DNA of 64,000 bases from Lingula anatina (lineage: Eukaryota > Animalia > Brachiopoda). Below are positions 1-12,890 of this stretch, one piece after another; position 1 is the first letter of the stretch; every line of letters starts with the position of its first letter. The notes beneath the pieces were generated by a model that was given only the letters and a program-made list of their open reading frames with translations, did no database searches and was not told where the DNA came from. The stretch lies in contig CM120646.1 of NCBI GenBank assembly GCA_051362555.1, positions 19,840,001 to 19,904,000 of the forward strand, given 5' to 3'. Made by a program: the position numbers and the translations under genes.

Positions 1-37
1 ATAAAATAAAATAAAATAAAATAAAATAAAATAAAAA
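1..37. repeat. (ATAAA)n pentanucleotide microsatellite
   Basis: About 7 perfect ATAAA units at the window start. Confidence 0.95.
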
Positions 38-784
38 CTTATTAAGGGACTGAGTTTAACTGAACTTCTTACACCGCAGCAAAATAAACTTATTTCTTTT
101 TTGTTTTAAGTTAATATGAACTTGAGCATTATTAACCTGTAGTTAGATGGGTCCTAAAGTGCACCATTGTGGTTCGCATCGTGGGTTACATACAATCGGG
201 GTATTTTTTCATTACACTGAGAGCAATAGTGTAATGGTATTAAAATGGTATCAGACAGTGAGAGGGAGAAGAAGGGGGCGGGAGCGGGTTAAAAAAAGGT
301 AAGACCAATGTCAACATCATTTCAAGAGCAGTGTACTTGGCTTATTTTCAGGACGTTTCCCCTTGATTCTATTGTGTGTATTTACATAGCTATAACAAAA
401 AATAATAAACAATAATAACGGCAAGTTCCCAGGGTAGCAGCCATTGTTCGCGATCAGCCTTCAAATACAGGTATGACACATACTACTATTATAGTAATCA
501 AGGCTTATTTTCCGTGTTTTAAATGTGTTACTTATGCACAGTCGTCCGATTTCTTATCTGACAGTGAGTCACCCTACCTTACACCGATACACAAGAGTAG
601 TCTTATGTCTCAGGTTTTTCCTTGGGTTGCAGATCTATTACACAAAATCTAAATGGTTTAAGGTGCTCAGATCGAAACGTAGAGGCGAACAAATGATGAC
701 ACTAATTTGCTGTATTTGTTACCAGTTTTGTGTTTTGTACGATATATAACAAATTTAGTGTCGTTCTTTCTTTCTTCCCTCATT

Positions 785-923
785 CTCTCTCTTATACTTT
801 CTCATACTCTCTCATTCTCTCTCTCTCACACACACACACGCACACACACACACACACTTTCTCTCTCCTGTCTCTCTCTCGCTCCCTCCTCTCTCGCTCC
901 CTCCTCTCTCTCTCTCGTTCTCT

Positions 924-982
<59 letters not shown>

Positions 983-1012
983 TCTTCACTTTCTTCTCTC
1001 TCTCTCTCTCTC
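785..1012. repeat. compound (CT)n/(CA)n microsatellite
   Basis: Alternating CT and CA tracts; they account for the spurious HTHT/SLSL/ERER ORFs in the track. Confidence 0.95.
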
Positions 1013-4000
1013 TTGGTGACTCACTCCAAAACAGACAGACAGAGGGCCACCGTGAAAACCACAAAGGGTCAAGCGGATACAGAGCATTAAATGTAAACCA
1101 TGACTCAGAACATAGTTTAAATATTCGTTAATATACATATTCCCCCTTTATCACCATCTATCAGGGACCAACACGTGGATTATCAACTGCAGTCAGGCGC
1201 ACTATATCAAATATCTATTTGTAATGTGGCTTGTATAAGTCATTATACTTCTAAAATAGAGTAGATATCTATGCGTAATCGGTAAAACCCAAAGAAGGGG
1301 ATCTCCCTGGGTTCTAAGCCATATCTTGAATTAGGAAGCGTTTCAAGTTAGTTTTAATTTAATGAAACGACAGAATTATCGTCAAAAGATAATGCATACA
1401 TTTAACACTCGTTTAACGTGATAGGAGGTTCTCTTATCTGAAATATCAAAACATTTTGAACACCTGTGCAGGTGTAAGACAAACAAAAATCCCTCAGAGT
1501 GATAATCATTTTTTTAAAACTGCTTGCTATCTAATTTGATGACTGCCGTTTTCTTTCTCCAGAATGAGAGCTAGTACCTAAAAAATGTAGGCCCTGCTGA
1601 GCGCGAATTGGGACGTGTATATCTAATATAGGCGCACAACGTGAATAATTTACAGCAATAAATACATCGTCTGCATAACGAACAGCACACTTATCCGGTT
1701 AACTGTGTCGCGGGTAAATGAATGAAAACATATAGGGTTCAAGAATGCAGGAAGTGCAACAATAAATCGTCTACAAAAGGTCAGAGGTCGGCAGGGCACA
1801 CGTGCATTTTAACCCAACCAATACGAGACATTGAAAATATTTAGCAAGTAATTTAACTGGCACAATAAATAAAATGTCAAAATACCGGTGTAAGTTATAA
1901 TGGTATAGAACCAAAACAAAATGCTTTTGAAAATGCTCTTCGTTTCCACAATCACTGATTTATTGTTGCCGTTGTTATATTAGGAATCCCTATTGCCTGT
2001 GTTTGGTAATGGTGAAAATAATCAAAACCGTAATAAAACTGCTTGGGTCACAAAAGAAGAAGAATAAATCGGAATGTCATTGAAAGATGAACATATAAGA
2101 GTGAAAGAAAATTACCGAATACGGGAGTCACGTTTTGTCAGACTTGTTATTTTTTAGCGATGCGCAAGATGCAGCAGAACGCGTGGAATGTTGGCATTAT
2201 ACAGTGCCCAACAAACAAGTCAAACGACTTATTTACAAATCATATAACTTATCGTCGAGGATTGCGATCCCTCTTTGCTTTCTCATGCCATAAAAACCAA
2301 ACAGAACAGTATTGTTCCCAGTGCACCGTTTGTACTCAGCGGTGACTCACGATTTAGGCTACTGACTGCCGATCTTCAGCCGGCAGGTGAGCGACCACAT
2401 TACTGGGGGACTTCTGCTACAATTTCCACAACATGCCAAAAAATATATGCCCCCACTAATTTGAGATAATGTGAACCATACGAGAGCCCTGCAAAACCCC
2501 TGCTTTGTTGCTAATGCTCTTTTAACTTCTTCTTAGGCCTACATTTATTTATGTAAGATAAATGATTTCACGCTCCATTCAAAAAGCCACAGATTAACTT
2601 GACAAAATCCCCAACGGTATGGCTTTTTGAGTATGGACCTAAATGAAGAGTAATAGCTGAATAGATTTTACCGCAAAGGTATGAAAACAAATTCAACAGG
2701 TTCGCCCTGGCTAAGGCAGCGTTATAGTAACACCTGTACAACCTTGCTATGAGTTCATTCATAAAATCTCGTCATCGCTATGGACCTATCAGATCACGTT
2801 ACGTGACAGACGTCATTCGATTAGAACTCCTCGTGCTCTCAGGTAATAGTAGTGTCCGATTTGAGGACAGCAGAGCCGACAGCAGCTAAGCGTTTGCGTG
2901 TATATCAGATATTTTGATAACATTCCCCTTAAAAATCATGTATGAGTCATGCCGAGAGGAACAATCAAAATTTTATATCTCTCATTTATATGTAATTCAT
3001 ACTATTTTTTTACCTATTTTATGAATGCCTTTTTATTATGCAAATAAACGTCACTTAATGAAGCATGTCATTGATTTTTGAAAGAATAAAATAAGAATGA
3101 AAGAATAAAATAAGTTCAATTAGTTAAAATTTAAAACATCTTTAACATATTTGTGACACAAATTTAATTGGAAAAGATTGTAAATAGTTAACAATGAATA
3201 CAAATTAGGATCCAAGGATAACAATAATCAAAAATCGCATTCGCAAGCCAAAGTTATCTCCCTTATTTATCAATTTCATGATCATTCCGTCAATTTTTTA
3301 ATTGATGATGTACAGATTCGGGAACGCCACAGACAGTGATAGCGAAAATGACAATGAGGAACGTCAATACAGACGTAAATTTACCTAACGTATGCAGTAG
3401 CGTGTCTAGTAAATCTACGTATGACTCATCCAAGTAATTCCTACAACTTGTGCATCTTTCTAGGGCAGCATTTTTTTCCTGATCTTCAGCCGCGATTTGG
3501 GCCAAACTACGCGTGTCAGATGATGTTAAATACTGTGAATGGATTTTTAACCACCTGTAATGCTTGCACGACAATTTGTAAAGGGCAACTTAGAGAGGGG
3601 GGTGTCTGGAAATAAGTGAACGCCCCGCTCGTGTGCTTAAGCACCCTATTTATCACAGTAATTGAATTGTTAAGAGTTATGGCGTTTTACTGGCATGGTA
3701 AATGTTAATTTAGAGCGCGTGTGCATTACGCGCGAAAGTTACATGCATCCACGCACATACGCATACGACAAAATATACAGATATGACCAAACGCCTATAT
3801 CACTCTATTAGCGTTTAGTGTTTTTACAGTACAACATTTTGATACCCCCCTCACGCAACGTTAACTGTCGCAGTGTGCATTCATTTTAACACGCACGTAT
3901 CAATTTACACGTACACGCACACACACGCAGAGTGGCAGATCAATGGATGCCTCAAGTTTGATCTCGTGCACATCTGTGTCAGCTCGAGTGACATGTTTTG

Positions 4001-4283
4001 GACATGCAATACATCAAATCCGGTATTCGTAATGCGGCATATGTTTGTTAAAAAGCCTCTTTCAACAGCGAAGGTTTTCACCACAAAATTCACAAAATAT
4101 GCGGTTTGGGAACAGCTTGAAAGGATTTGATAAAGCGTAATGAAATGTATGTGCCCAATTGAAGTTAAAAGTACCCTGGGTATTATAATTACTGGTAATG
4201 ATTAAATAATCATCAATTAATCTCTTCCAATTTTTCACTCAAATCAACTCTTTCTACGAATCACCCCCTTCCGCTTAATCTAC

Positions 4284-4790
4284 CTGATAAATATTGGTTC
4301 CGGGTTCGACTATCTCGTCTCTCTCTCTCTGTGTTCTGTCCTCTATGGGTAATTGTCTCTCAACACTGTGCAGTGTAATTCAATGGCACTGCCATAATTG
4401 TTAATGCTGATTGTTCCAGTCAGGTAGAAATAACCACTGTCCCACTGCTGCTAACACTGTCACTGACACTGTGTATAGAACACTTAACATTCAAAATTGC
4501 AGTTCGCCGCAGATTCTGTAGCTGTTTCTGTGAGGCAAAAATGTTTTGTCCTGTCGCTGGCGCTGTCACCTCAATATTGCCTTTATATCTTTTTAAAATA
4601 GGAAAACCCCTTACGACTTCCCACGTCTCTGTGAAAAATTGTCTGCAAAACGAAAGAAGCAGATTAATCAATCCCTATTGCAGCCCTATTGCGGAAGAGG
4701 AGAACCAACACTCGTTTGTTTGATGTCAGGGGTACCTGAGCGCGTGCTGTCAAATCTGAGTGTCGCGACACCTCTTTCCTACTTATACGC
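4284..4790 (-). promoter_or_regulatory. candidate promoter and two non-coding 5' exons of a minus-strand gene lying left of the window
   Basis: On the minus strand: TATAAGT at 4787-4781; short exon ~4758-4736 ending CAG|GTACCC; 93-nt intron ending in a pyrimidine tract CTTCTTTCGTTTTGCAG (4643); exon 4642-4284 ending CAG|GTAGAT. No convincing coding frame. Confidence 0.3.
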
Positions 4791-5372
4791 ACTGCAAACG
4801 ATGACCTCATCGCTAGCGACTTCTACTCGTGCGTTTAACAGAAGCAGGCACCTAATCGTCAGACACGAGTGAGAAAACAGAGACAGGCTAATCTTAAAAC
4901 ATTGATGTCACCCCGTGTCGTCTCCATAGACCATACGAACCCCCAGACCTTACAATTTTAATAAATTGTGTTGTAGTTCAGCATTGTTCGCGTAATAAAG
5001 GCATTGAAATAATAAGGTCGATTTAGCGGTATTGTTGGTAATGCGTTAAGTCTAAGTACCACTTCATCGCCGCACCGACCTCCGACCCCCTGAAAACCGC
5101 GATACATTTTTTGGTGAATTTTAGTCGCATTAAGAAATTTGATCTTACATCGATTTATGAAATCGTACAAAAGCAACGGCATGTGTAATTGTTTAATAAG
5201 AAGTCGTCTAGTATTTCGTGGCGACGGCGAGATCATTTTCAGGTACAGAATGGCGGGGGCTGGTTAAGATGGGTGGGACTGGTGGTCGGTTACAAGATGG
5301 TGCGACCGAGAAGTGGTACTATTTAGTGCAAGTATTCTTTATTCTGTAATTACACCCTATTTGCCAACACCC

Positions 5373-5374
<2 letters not shown>

Positions 5375-5433
<59 letters not shown>

Positions 5434-5447
5434 CACGTACTAACACG

Positions 5448-5510
<63 letters not shown>
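5375..5510. repeat. (CT)n-(CA)n-(GA)n compound microsatellite
   Basis: Seen directly; the CT and GA arms are mutually complementary. Confidence 0.95.
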
Positions 5511-5513
<3 letters not shown>

Positions 5514-6371
5514 CATTGGTAGCACATACATACACTCTGCAACACTCTGGGAAATACAGTACACACCTAAGTACGAGGGCCCACCCTAACATAAAGCAAA
5601 TCACACCGACATCAAAACAGCGTGTTAGTGTCAATTTGTCAACCGTCTGTGTGTTTGTGTGTGGCATATCCCCCGGGCACTACAAAGGTTAATGAAGTTG
5701 TCTTACACAAAACGGACAATTAGCGTCCCCTTTAACACTCTTTCACCATCGTCACCTAGGGGTCCTAGGCGGGTCATATCACTTGTAGAAAACTAATATA
5801 TGGATAGTCATATTTCCGTTTCACAACAAAGCGAAGATAAAAGGCGGCGTGCCAAAGACATGGGTGATACAGGTGACAATTTTAAAGACAATCCTGACCC
5901 CCACTGTTCTCGACAGAACGCCGGCGTTTCAGACTAAAACGGTTGCCCGCCAGAAGAGTGTTGACACACGGCGCTAATCTGACATCAAAGTGAGAAGTGT
6001 CCCCCTGATAGTGCCGCCAGTGGCGCTGGAGTACAAGGTGAGTCATCCTCGTAGTAACATTGTTAACACGGACGATTTAAGAAGTAAAACTGTGCCGTTT
6101 CACTCTGTAATTTTTCAACTATCTGTAACTGCTGTGACAAGATAGGCGGCTTTTAGCAATGCACGTATCTCCGTTATGTATATACAGCATTCAACGTGCA
6201 GCTAGAGGACGGTGGCTGTTTGATATTGAACAATAAACATAATTTTTTAATAATTTGATAATACTACGGTGTGAAATATCACCGGCACCACAGCGTTATG
6301 TATGACTTTTCACTACCCACTAGGGGTGAGTGTTGTCGTCTGCGTCTGGTAGTGAGAGATCTAGACTTGCT

Positions 6372-6416
6372 GTGTGTGTGTGTGTGTGTGTGTGTGTTTT
6401 GGGGGGGGGGGGGGGT
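6372..6416. repeat. (TG)n plus poly-G
   Basis: Seen directly. Confidence 0.9.
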
Positions 6417-7752
6417 GAAGACGGAAATACATAAAGGCGTCTTCTCCATGAAGCGCGTTTTCATTTCTCTAGCGTGTATCAAATCTAGGAACCGTGTTGG
6501 GCTGTCACTGTGCAGATAAGAATTCCAATCTGTATGTCCTATACACATGGGCCCTATACCTTGCACGTCATGTATAACGAGGCGTCACCCCCCCCCCCCC
6601 CCCCCTAATTTGAATCAGTGCATGAGTCACACTGGCAGTGCCTGGACTGTCTCAAGGAAGAGCTTGCAAAGTTGAAGAGTAACCACACATAAAATCGTAA
6701 AATTAGCCTGACGAATTGAGTAAATTTGTTACGCTTGGGCCAAACACACAATGCGCACTTAGCTGTTGCATCACTTTTTCTTCGTTTTAGATATATCATG
6801 GTCCATAGGAGGCGCACGTGGATTTATCTTCGGATCTTCAGATGTATGCGTCACTTAGTTTTTATATAAAAATCTTCAAGCAAAACCCGAAAGTTATAAT
6901 GCATACACATACACGTAAAGAAACGCGGTGGTATTTAAGGGCGCATTAACACGCAAACACATAGATCCCATGATGGCATGCACAAACACATGTAAGTTCT
7001 GTCACACGCTATTTATGAAGTTCAGAAAAACACCCCGTTAGCATAATATCTTACAGAATTATTTCTTGCAACTTCTATACACGGGAACTTTTAGGACGCG
7101 ATAAGCTTTAGAGCTTTATATCATTTAAAAAAATTTCCAGCAAAAATCCAACACTTCCACTTAACCACCAAGGCATGCCATGTCCAATACTGTTTATGGT
7201 ATTACGATATAAAAATTTAGAGCCACTTTTGTAATGGAGATAAGACTGGTGAAAATGGGTATGTAGGTCCTAAGTTCTTTTTTAAGTTTTTTTTTTTTTT
7301 TGATAAGTATGCTAAATAAAGGTCTGTATGCCTTAACAAACGAACGTGAAATGGTCAAAACGATAAATAACATCACAGTGCCTTGTCATTTCACTTGTAT
7401 CTCTTCGCTGTTAAAATATTCACCTTAACGACAAAATAATTGACCGTCAAATCTACCGTGCACCTGCTCACACCCGGCGGCTACAGCTTTTGTTGTGGTT
7501 GACGTTGGGACTAAATAGAGATGCATATCAACCGGCATCGGTGTAGTAGGTGACCGCGGAACACCTCTACACGCTGTCTCACTTTGCTTCTGATATCTAA
7601 CATTTCGGTTATTTTTGTCAAGTCATACGTGATGACAAGGTCAGGGAATAACGAGGAAGTCAAATGTCTGGTATAAATGTAATATTCTATGGCTTGTTAC
7701 AGCGTGTCCCCGTAATGGGCTTTTGTCGACTTCCGTACTGACATGTAGATTG

Positions 7753-7757
<5 letters not shown>

Positions 7758-7783
<26 letters not shown>
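7758..7783. repeat. (GA)n microsatellite
   Basis: Seen directly. Confidence 0.9.
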
Positions 7784-9393
7784 TAATGAGATTTTAAATA
7801 TGCATTTAGACTTTTATAAACCTTTATAACTAGCCGTGTAAACTTTCTGATGCACCAGAGAATTATAAAGATTCACTTCAACTTGTACTCATCAAATTGT
7901 GTCAGCTGTGACAATACGTCACAATCTAAATCAATTAGGATACGCTGTCTAATCAATTCGGTCTTACTCAAATCTATCTTTCGTTCATTAAATCCTTTCA
8001 TTTTTTGACCTGTTGATACATTAATACATTATCAAGCTACGACACGCCAGTAATTTGTTTTTGCAATTTACAAGTCCTCAAGTACATCCGTAAGGTATTA
8101 TGGAATTCAATGCTGCAATAACAAATTGTCACAAAGCTTTTCTGTCCATGCCCTAAAATCCTCTTAGTGTTTTATACTAAATATCGTCTAACCAACGATC
8201 AGGTTGCACTGCAATAGACGCACTTATATACTAGGTGAAGAAAGGGACCAATGAAAAGTGGGGCTAATTTGCAAATATCGGTGTAACCGAACTTAAATCA
8301 ACAAAACCTGAATACGCGTGAAATATATTTTTACTGTAGTTTGTGGTTTTAGACGTAACCTCAGCCGTACGTGTCTTTCTTTAACCTGATTTCGTCCAAT
8401 GCGCTTAGTCTTAATCATTAAGGATAATGTAATTTTACCAACAGGTCTATTACTTTTTCGGTACAAGAACTTAAGTTGTCAAAAGATATTCGGCCATACG
8501 CTCGTCGCGGCGAAAAAAAAAGCGTAAATGGGTAAAAACAGGCATCAGCTTGAAAATCACAACAACTAAAAAAGCAAGGCCACCGCTTGAACCCCGCGAC
8601 AGGCCGTCAGAGTTGAAGTTTTTAATTGCCCGCATGTTGAGGACACGTGGCAGAACCGCTGTTGAACAGCTGTTGTCGCGCGTTAGCCTTGAGATTTGGC
8701 TGTGCGGGGGAGTTCGACGCGCGTTAGCCTTGATCGGCAACAGCTGTGTGTGGGAGTCACAAATTACCCGGAAACACAATAACATAACTCACAACCGACA
8801 TCTGTGGTCTAGAATGATATTTCTTGTTCTTGTTTAGTCTGGCTGCACTAACGTCTAGCAGCAGTGCACTTTGAGAGATGGGACAACTGATACACTCTGG
8901 TAACATTACGCACAGTTGGTTCATTGTGCTAGGTCGATGAACGACGCCTCCGCCTTCCAGCTTAAGATTTGGTTCAGTTTCATCTCCTGTTCTTTAACGT
9001 TAGTAAGGTTAACTAAACTTATATTATTGCGTTGCCCTTCAGTCAGTTCCTTCGAGGGTGTTGCATATCTAGCTTGCTAAATGACTAAATTTCTGACTGA
9101 CTTTTCGAAAGTAGATAGTGAAAACATTAATTACTAGTAGTTAGCCAGCTAATTTTTTAAATACCTTAGTCATTATTTGCTAACTGACAAGTCAACTAAA
9201 TAACCTAACTAACAAAGCAACTCACAGGAAAAATAGGCTTAATGAGCCCAAGTACACAAATTGGAATATTTAATCCCCCGCACAACCAAATTTTTTTTTT
9301 TTTGCAAATCATATGGGCGAAAAAAAAAAAAAAAAACACGAGAGGATCTACAGTGCCAGTAACGGCAAAAGTCATTGCCTCATAGCATAAACG

Positions 9394-9430
9394 CACACAC
9401 ACACACACACACACACGCACACACACACAC
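9394..9430. repeat. (CA)n microsatellite
   Basis: Seen directly. Confidence 0.9.
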
Positions 9431-10867
9431 AGCGTTTTCATGCGTTTTAACAGAATCTGTTACACCAACTTATTTATGAGTAATGTTTACATTATATGCA
9501 GCAGACGGTGCTAAGTGGACAGTTCCTGACAAATTGCGCCGACTGAGTCACCGGGTCTAGATCACATATCACAATAAACACCTGTAGATGGCAAGAAATG
9601 TGAAGCATCCTTACAACGCCAACCACAATCTCCATGAATCACTTCATTCAATAAAAAGTCGTTTTTGTACAGGTATCAAACTGTGAACCATCTTTAAGAG
9701 ATTTAGCGAATTTGACATAAACCATTTGTGAAAGGATGATAATGTTTGTATGACTTGTATATATATGTAAATCCATCAAAATGTGAAACACGCGTGACTC
9801 ATACGTTACATGAATCATTTTTTCATAACATAATAGTTTGCATATCGAATGCACGGACGTAACAGAATCTTACTCATTTTAAACTGATGACAAAAAGTAA
9901 AAAGAACGCATAAGAAGGAAAAAACAGGAAAACGATCTAATCGTCGAGTTAACGATAACTAAATTTAGACAATACATTTTGACGTTTGATTGTGTCACAA
10001 AAAAAAAAAAAAAAAAAAAATCGACACTGTGATGAAAGACTACATGGCAACGTCCGTGTCTTGTTCAATGTGAAAGAACTACTTAAAAGAGCAAAAGATT
10101 GCGACATAATTTATGTCCTTCTTTTCTGGGTACAATTATCAATTTTTATCTGTGACCTATGTTGTACATACATACGTTGCATAAGTGAATTGAGTATGGT
10201 ATATATTAGACCTCTTTATCGTTAGCGCTTCAGATTAATTCTTTAGTTCACCACCAACTCAATATGCAAACTATACTCTCCTTTTTTTTTTACAAATGCA
10301 CTGCTCTTTTCTTCTTCCCCGTTTTTTTTCGGTCTTGATGTCTTTGAAGTTAATACGAATCTCTGGTATGCTCATTCCTTACAGATGTAAAGACGGGAAC
10401 AAGACACAGTGGTCAAAGATCGACAAAACATAAATATGTTTATGCTCTCAGCCAAATCAGAAAAAAATTGCCATGGCAACAACCCACGGCAATAATGTCA
10501 ACCATAGTGGTCAAATGTTCTACTTTTGATACATTTAACCGAAATGATTCGGATGAAGTGAACTGGGAAATTAAGTTGCCTCCATTACCGAGCGAGTTGT
10601 CAAAGTGGAGGGGTTGCGTAGGTGTCCGCGCCAGAAATATACGCTCACGCATTACAAACGGTGAAATAAACAGCGTTTTTAGTTACACAAAGTCTGCAGT
10701 TTCTACACCTGATACATAAAAAAGGCCACGATTAAAAGTACAGGTGACAAGACAAAGATAGAATTAAAACGATTCTCTGTACACCCTTAAATGAGTGACG
10801 ATATATTTTATATTATCCTGTAGAAAAATAAAATTGACATCTTTATAGCTACAGTTTGCAAAAAAAT

Positions 10868-10871
<4 letters not shown>

Positions 10872-10912
<41 letters not shown>
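10872..10912. repeat. (GA)n microsatellite
   Basis: Seen directly. Confidence 0.9.
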
Positions 10913-10914
<2 letters not shown>

Positions 10915-11682
10915 GGCAGAAAGTTAGCTGTGTTGAAATATGCAAAATACATAGTTCCATTAATTACCCGAGAGCTATGCATTTGATGTATCCTAGCAAA
11001 AATTCTAAAAATTCTAAATAAATGGTGCCAATAATGCCACAATCTACTCAAGGGGTTCTAACTCCTTAATCTACTATACAAAATACGTGTTTTACAGTAA
11101 GATTTTTGCCAACTCACAAGAGACTTTTGACTTACAAAGGAAGCAAGAGGTTCTTTTGAAGTTTTTACCCTCTAGTTGAATAAATATTATAATTTATAGA
11201 TGAGAGAGTTAGAGAGCCCTCTCTTTCTTCTAGGAATTCATGCAATGCAAAAGATGACGTCACCAAAACACTGGCAAATGTCAGTCGACATATCAGGCGG
11301 TGGCAGATGTAGAATTCTACAAAAATTGGCAGTGAGACTTGATTTTGGTCGCGATAACTGACCCCGCGTTCAAAAATTGTTCGTGGTTAATAAAACAATC
11401 AAAGTAAGACTGAAAAAAATCAGCATCGATGCTATCAAACATCGTCATCAGTCTCAAGTGGCGCAATGTCCCCAGTTGACCAGTGATAAGACATTTGGAA
11501 CGCCATTCCAGATTCCCTAAGATGGGGGGAAACATGGTGGAAGCAAGATGACTCATCAACCCTCACAAAAATTAGCCAGCGAACAACGGCTCTCTTTTCT
11601 TCACCCACGCGTTGCTTCTCGCCAGAAACATGGAGATTGACACTAATGACAACCTATTGTGGGTGTGATGTGTGAAACAGAA

Positions 11683-11685
<3 letters not shown>

Positions 11686-11715
<30 letters not shown>
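11686..11715. repeat. (GA)n microsatellite
   Basis: Seen directly. Confidence 0.9.
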
Positions 11716-11718
<3 letters not shown>

Positions 11719-11744
11719 CTACAGAAACCTAACTGTTTTCAAAA

Positions 11745-11797
11745 ATACGACTGATATACCATACGACTGATGTACCATACGGCTGATATACCATACC
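11745..11797. repeat. 16-bp minisatellite, about 3 copies (ATACGACTGATATACC)
   Basis: Three near-identical consecutive units. Confidence 0.85.
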
Positions 11798-11994
11798 ATG
11801 CAAAATGCGTCTGCAAAAGCATCCGCGCAACAATACTCACGCAAAAAACATGAATGCATGCTTTCATTCTCTCTTTTGCAATAATCAGAATCGTACTATT
11901 TTGCTCACAAAAGTATTCATACCGTCGGTTCTTTTGATAATCAATCCATCCTTTCAACAATTTCTCAGAGCTGCCTCCGTGCATGTTGACTTAC

Positions 11995-12088
11995 CACGTG
12001 CGTGCTGACCGTGCTATTCACATGTAAATGCGTTAGTGTCGCGTGCATACGGGAACTTGGTAGTGCTTAAGCGCGTGCCTGTGGTTCT
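11995..12088 (-). other. candidate 94-nt internal 5' exon of a gene continuing to the left
   Basis: Strong acceptor TTTTTTGTCTGTTTCATTTCAG| at 12089 and consensus donor GTG|GTAAGT at 11994. All three frames entering the exon hit stops, but an internal ATG (MHATLTHLHVNSTVSTHV) is open to the donor. Confidence 0.4.
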
Positions 12089-12559
12089 CTGAAATGAAAC
12101 AGACAAAAAAGTTTTGACACCAAAAACTTTTCATAGTTAATTGCCGTGCATACTTAACAAAGTACCCATTTCCTTAACTGTTATATCACCCTGACTCCTA
12201 GGAAAAAGGTATAAAGTCACTGTGCTTCATATTTCCAATCAGGTATAACGCAAACTGTTCATAAAAACGGTCAACGATGTTCCATCTCTTGTTGTGCGCA
12301 ATAACTTAAAGATGCATTTTCAAAACCTAACGATGAATCCAAGACTTATATGAAACTCTGCAGTGTGCATGGCAGTTATCAAAATAAACAAGGGAAATCA
12401 CTGCCAAAACTTTACACAAAACTTTGCTGCTTACTCCAGTTAATTCACCGCCGTCCCTCTCGAAGCGATGGTTGCTTCACATTTTGCACGCTCTCTTCGA
12501 TACATCTTTCATTTAAAGTGGCCAAAGCATTTTTTCTTAAATCAAAGGACTATCAGAGT

Positions 12560-12890
12560 TCCCCAGACCGACAACGTGCGGAAGCGCTCCGTTCAGTCGG
12601 AAGTGCACATGGTGCCGAACCGGGCCCGCAGACTCCTGAGCACGTGCCAGAACATGGTGGAACAAGGGGTGCTCTACGCATGCGCGTTTCAAAAAAGCAA
12701 CTTGAAAGATGCGGACCAGACTCAGGATTGGAAACGCGCTTCAAGTTGTTTGGCCGGGGGCGACGGAAGTCGAGTGGGTGACTCATTATTGTTTTTGTTT
12801 TCGTTTAAGCGGTTAGGTAATGCGTTAGTAGATCGGCTAAGATTTCAAGCGGGGGAATTCCTACCCTCCCGCGCAGCCCCTACCACTGAG
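12560..12890. promoter_or_regulatory. CpG-rich promoter/enhancer-like region
   Basis: Locally GC- and CpG-rich; ETS-like CGGAAGT (~12598, ~12764), NRF1-like ACGCATGCGC (~12676) and AP-1 TGACTCA (~12779). Confidence 0.4.

Noticed and set aside
707-1131. ORFs of 90-133 aa rich in HT, SL, CV and ER repeats (also at 5313-5667, 39259-39498 and 41340-41770)
   Set aside because: Translations of dinucleotide microsatellites.
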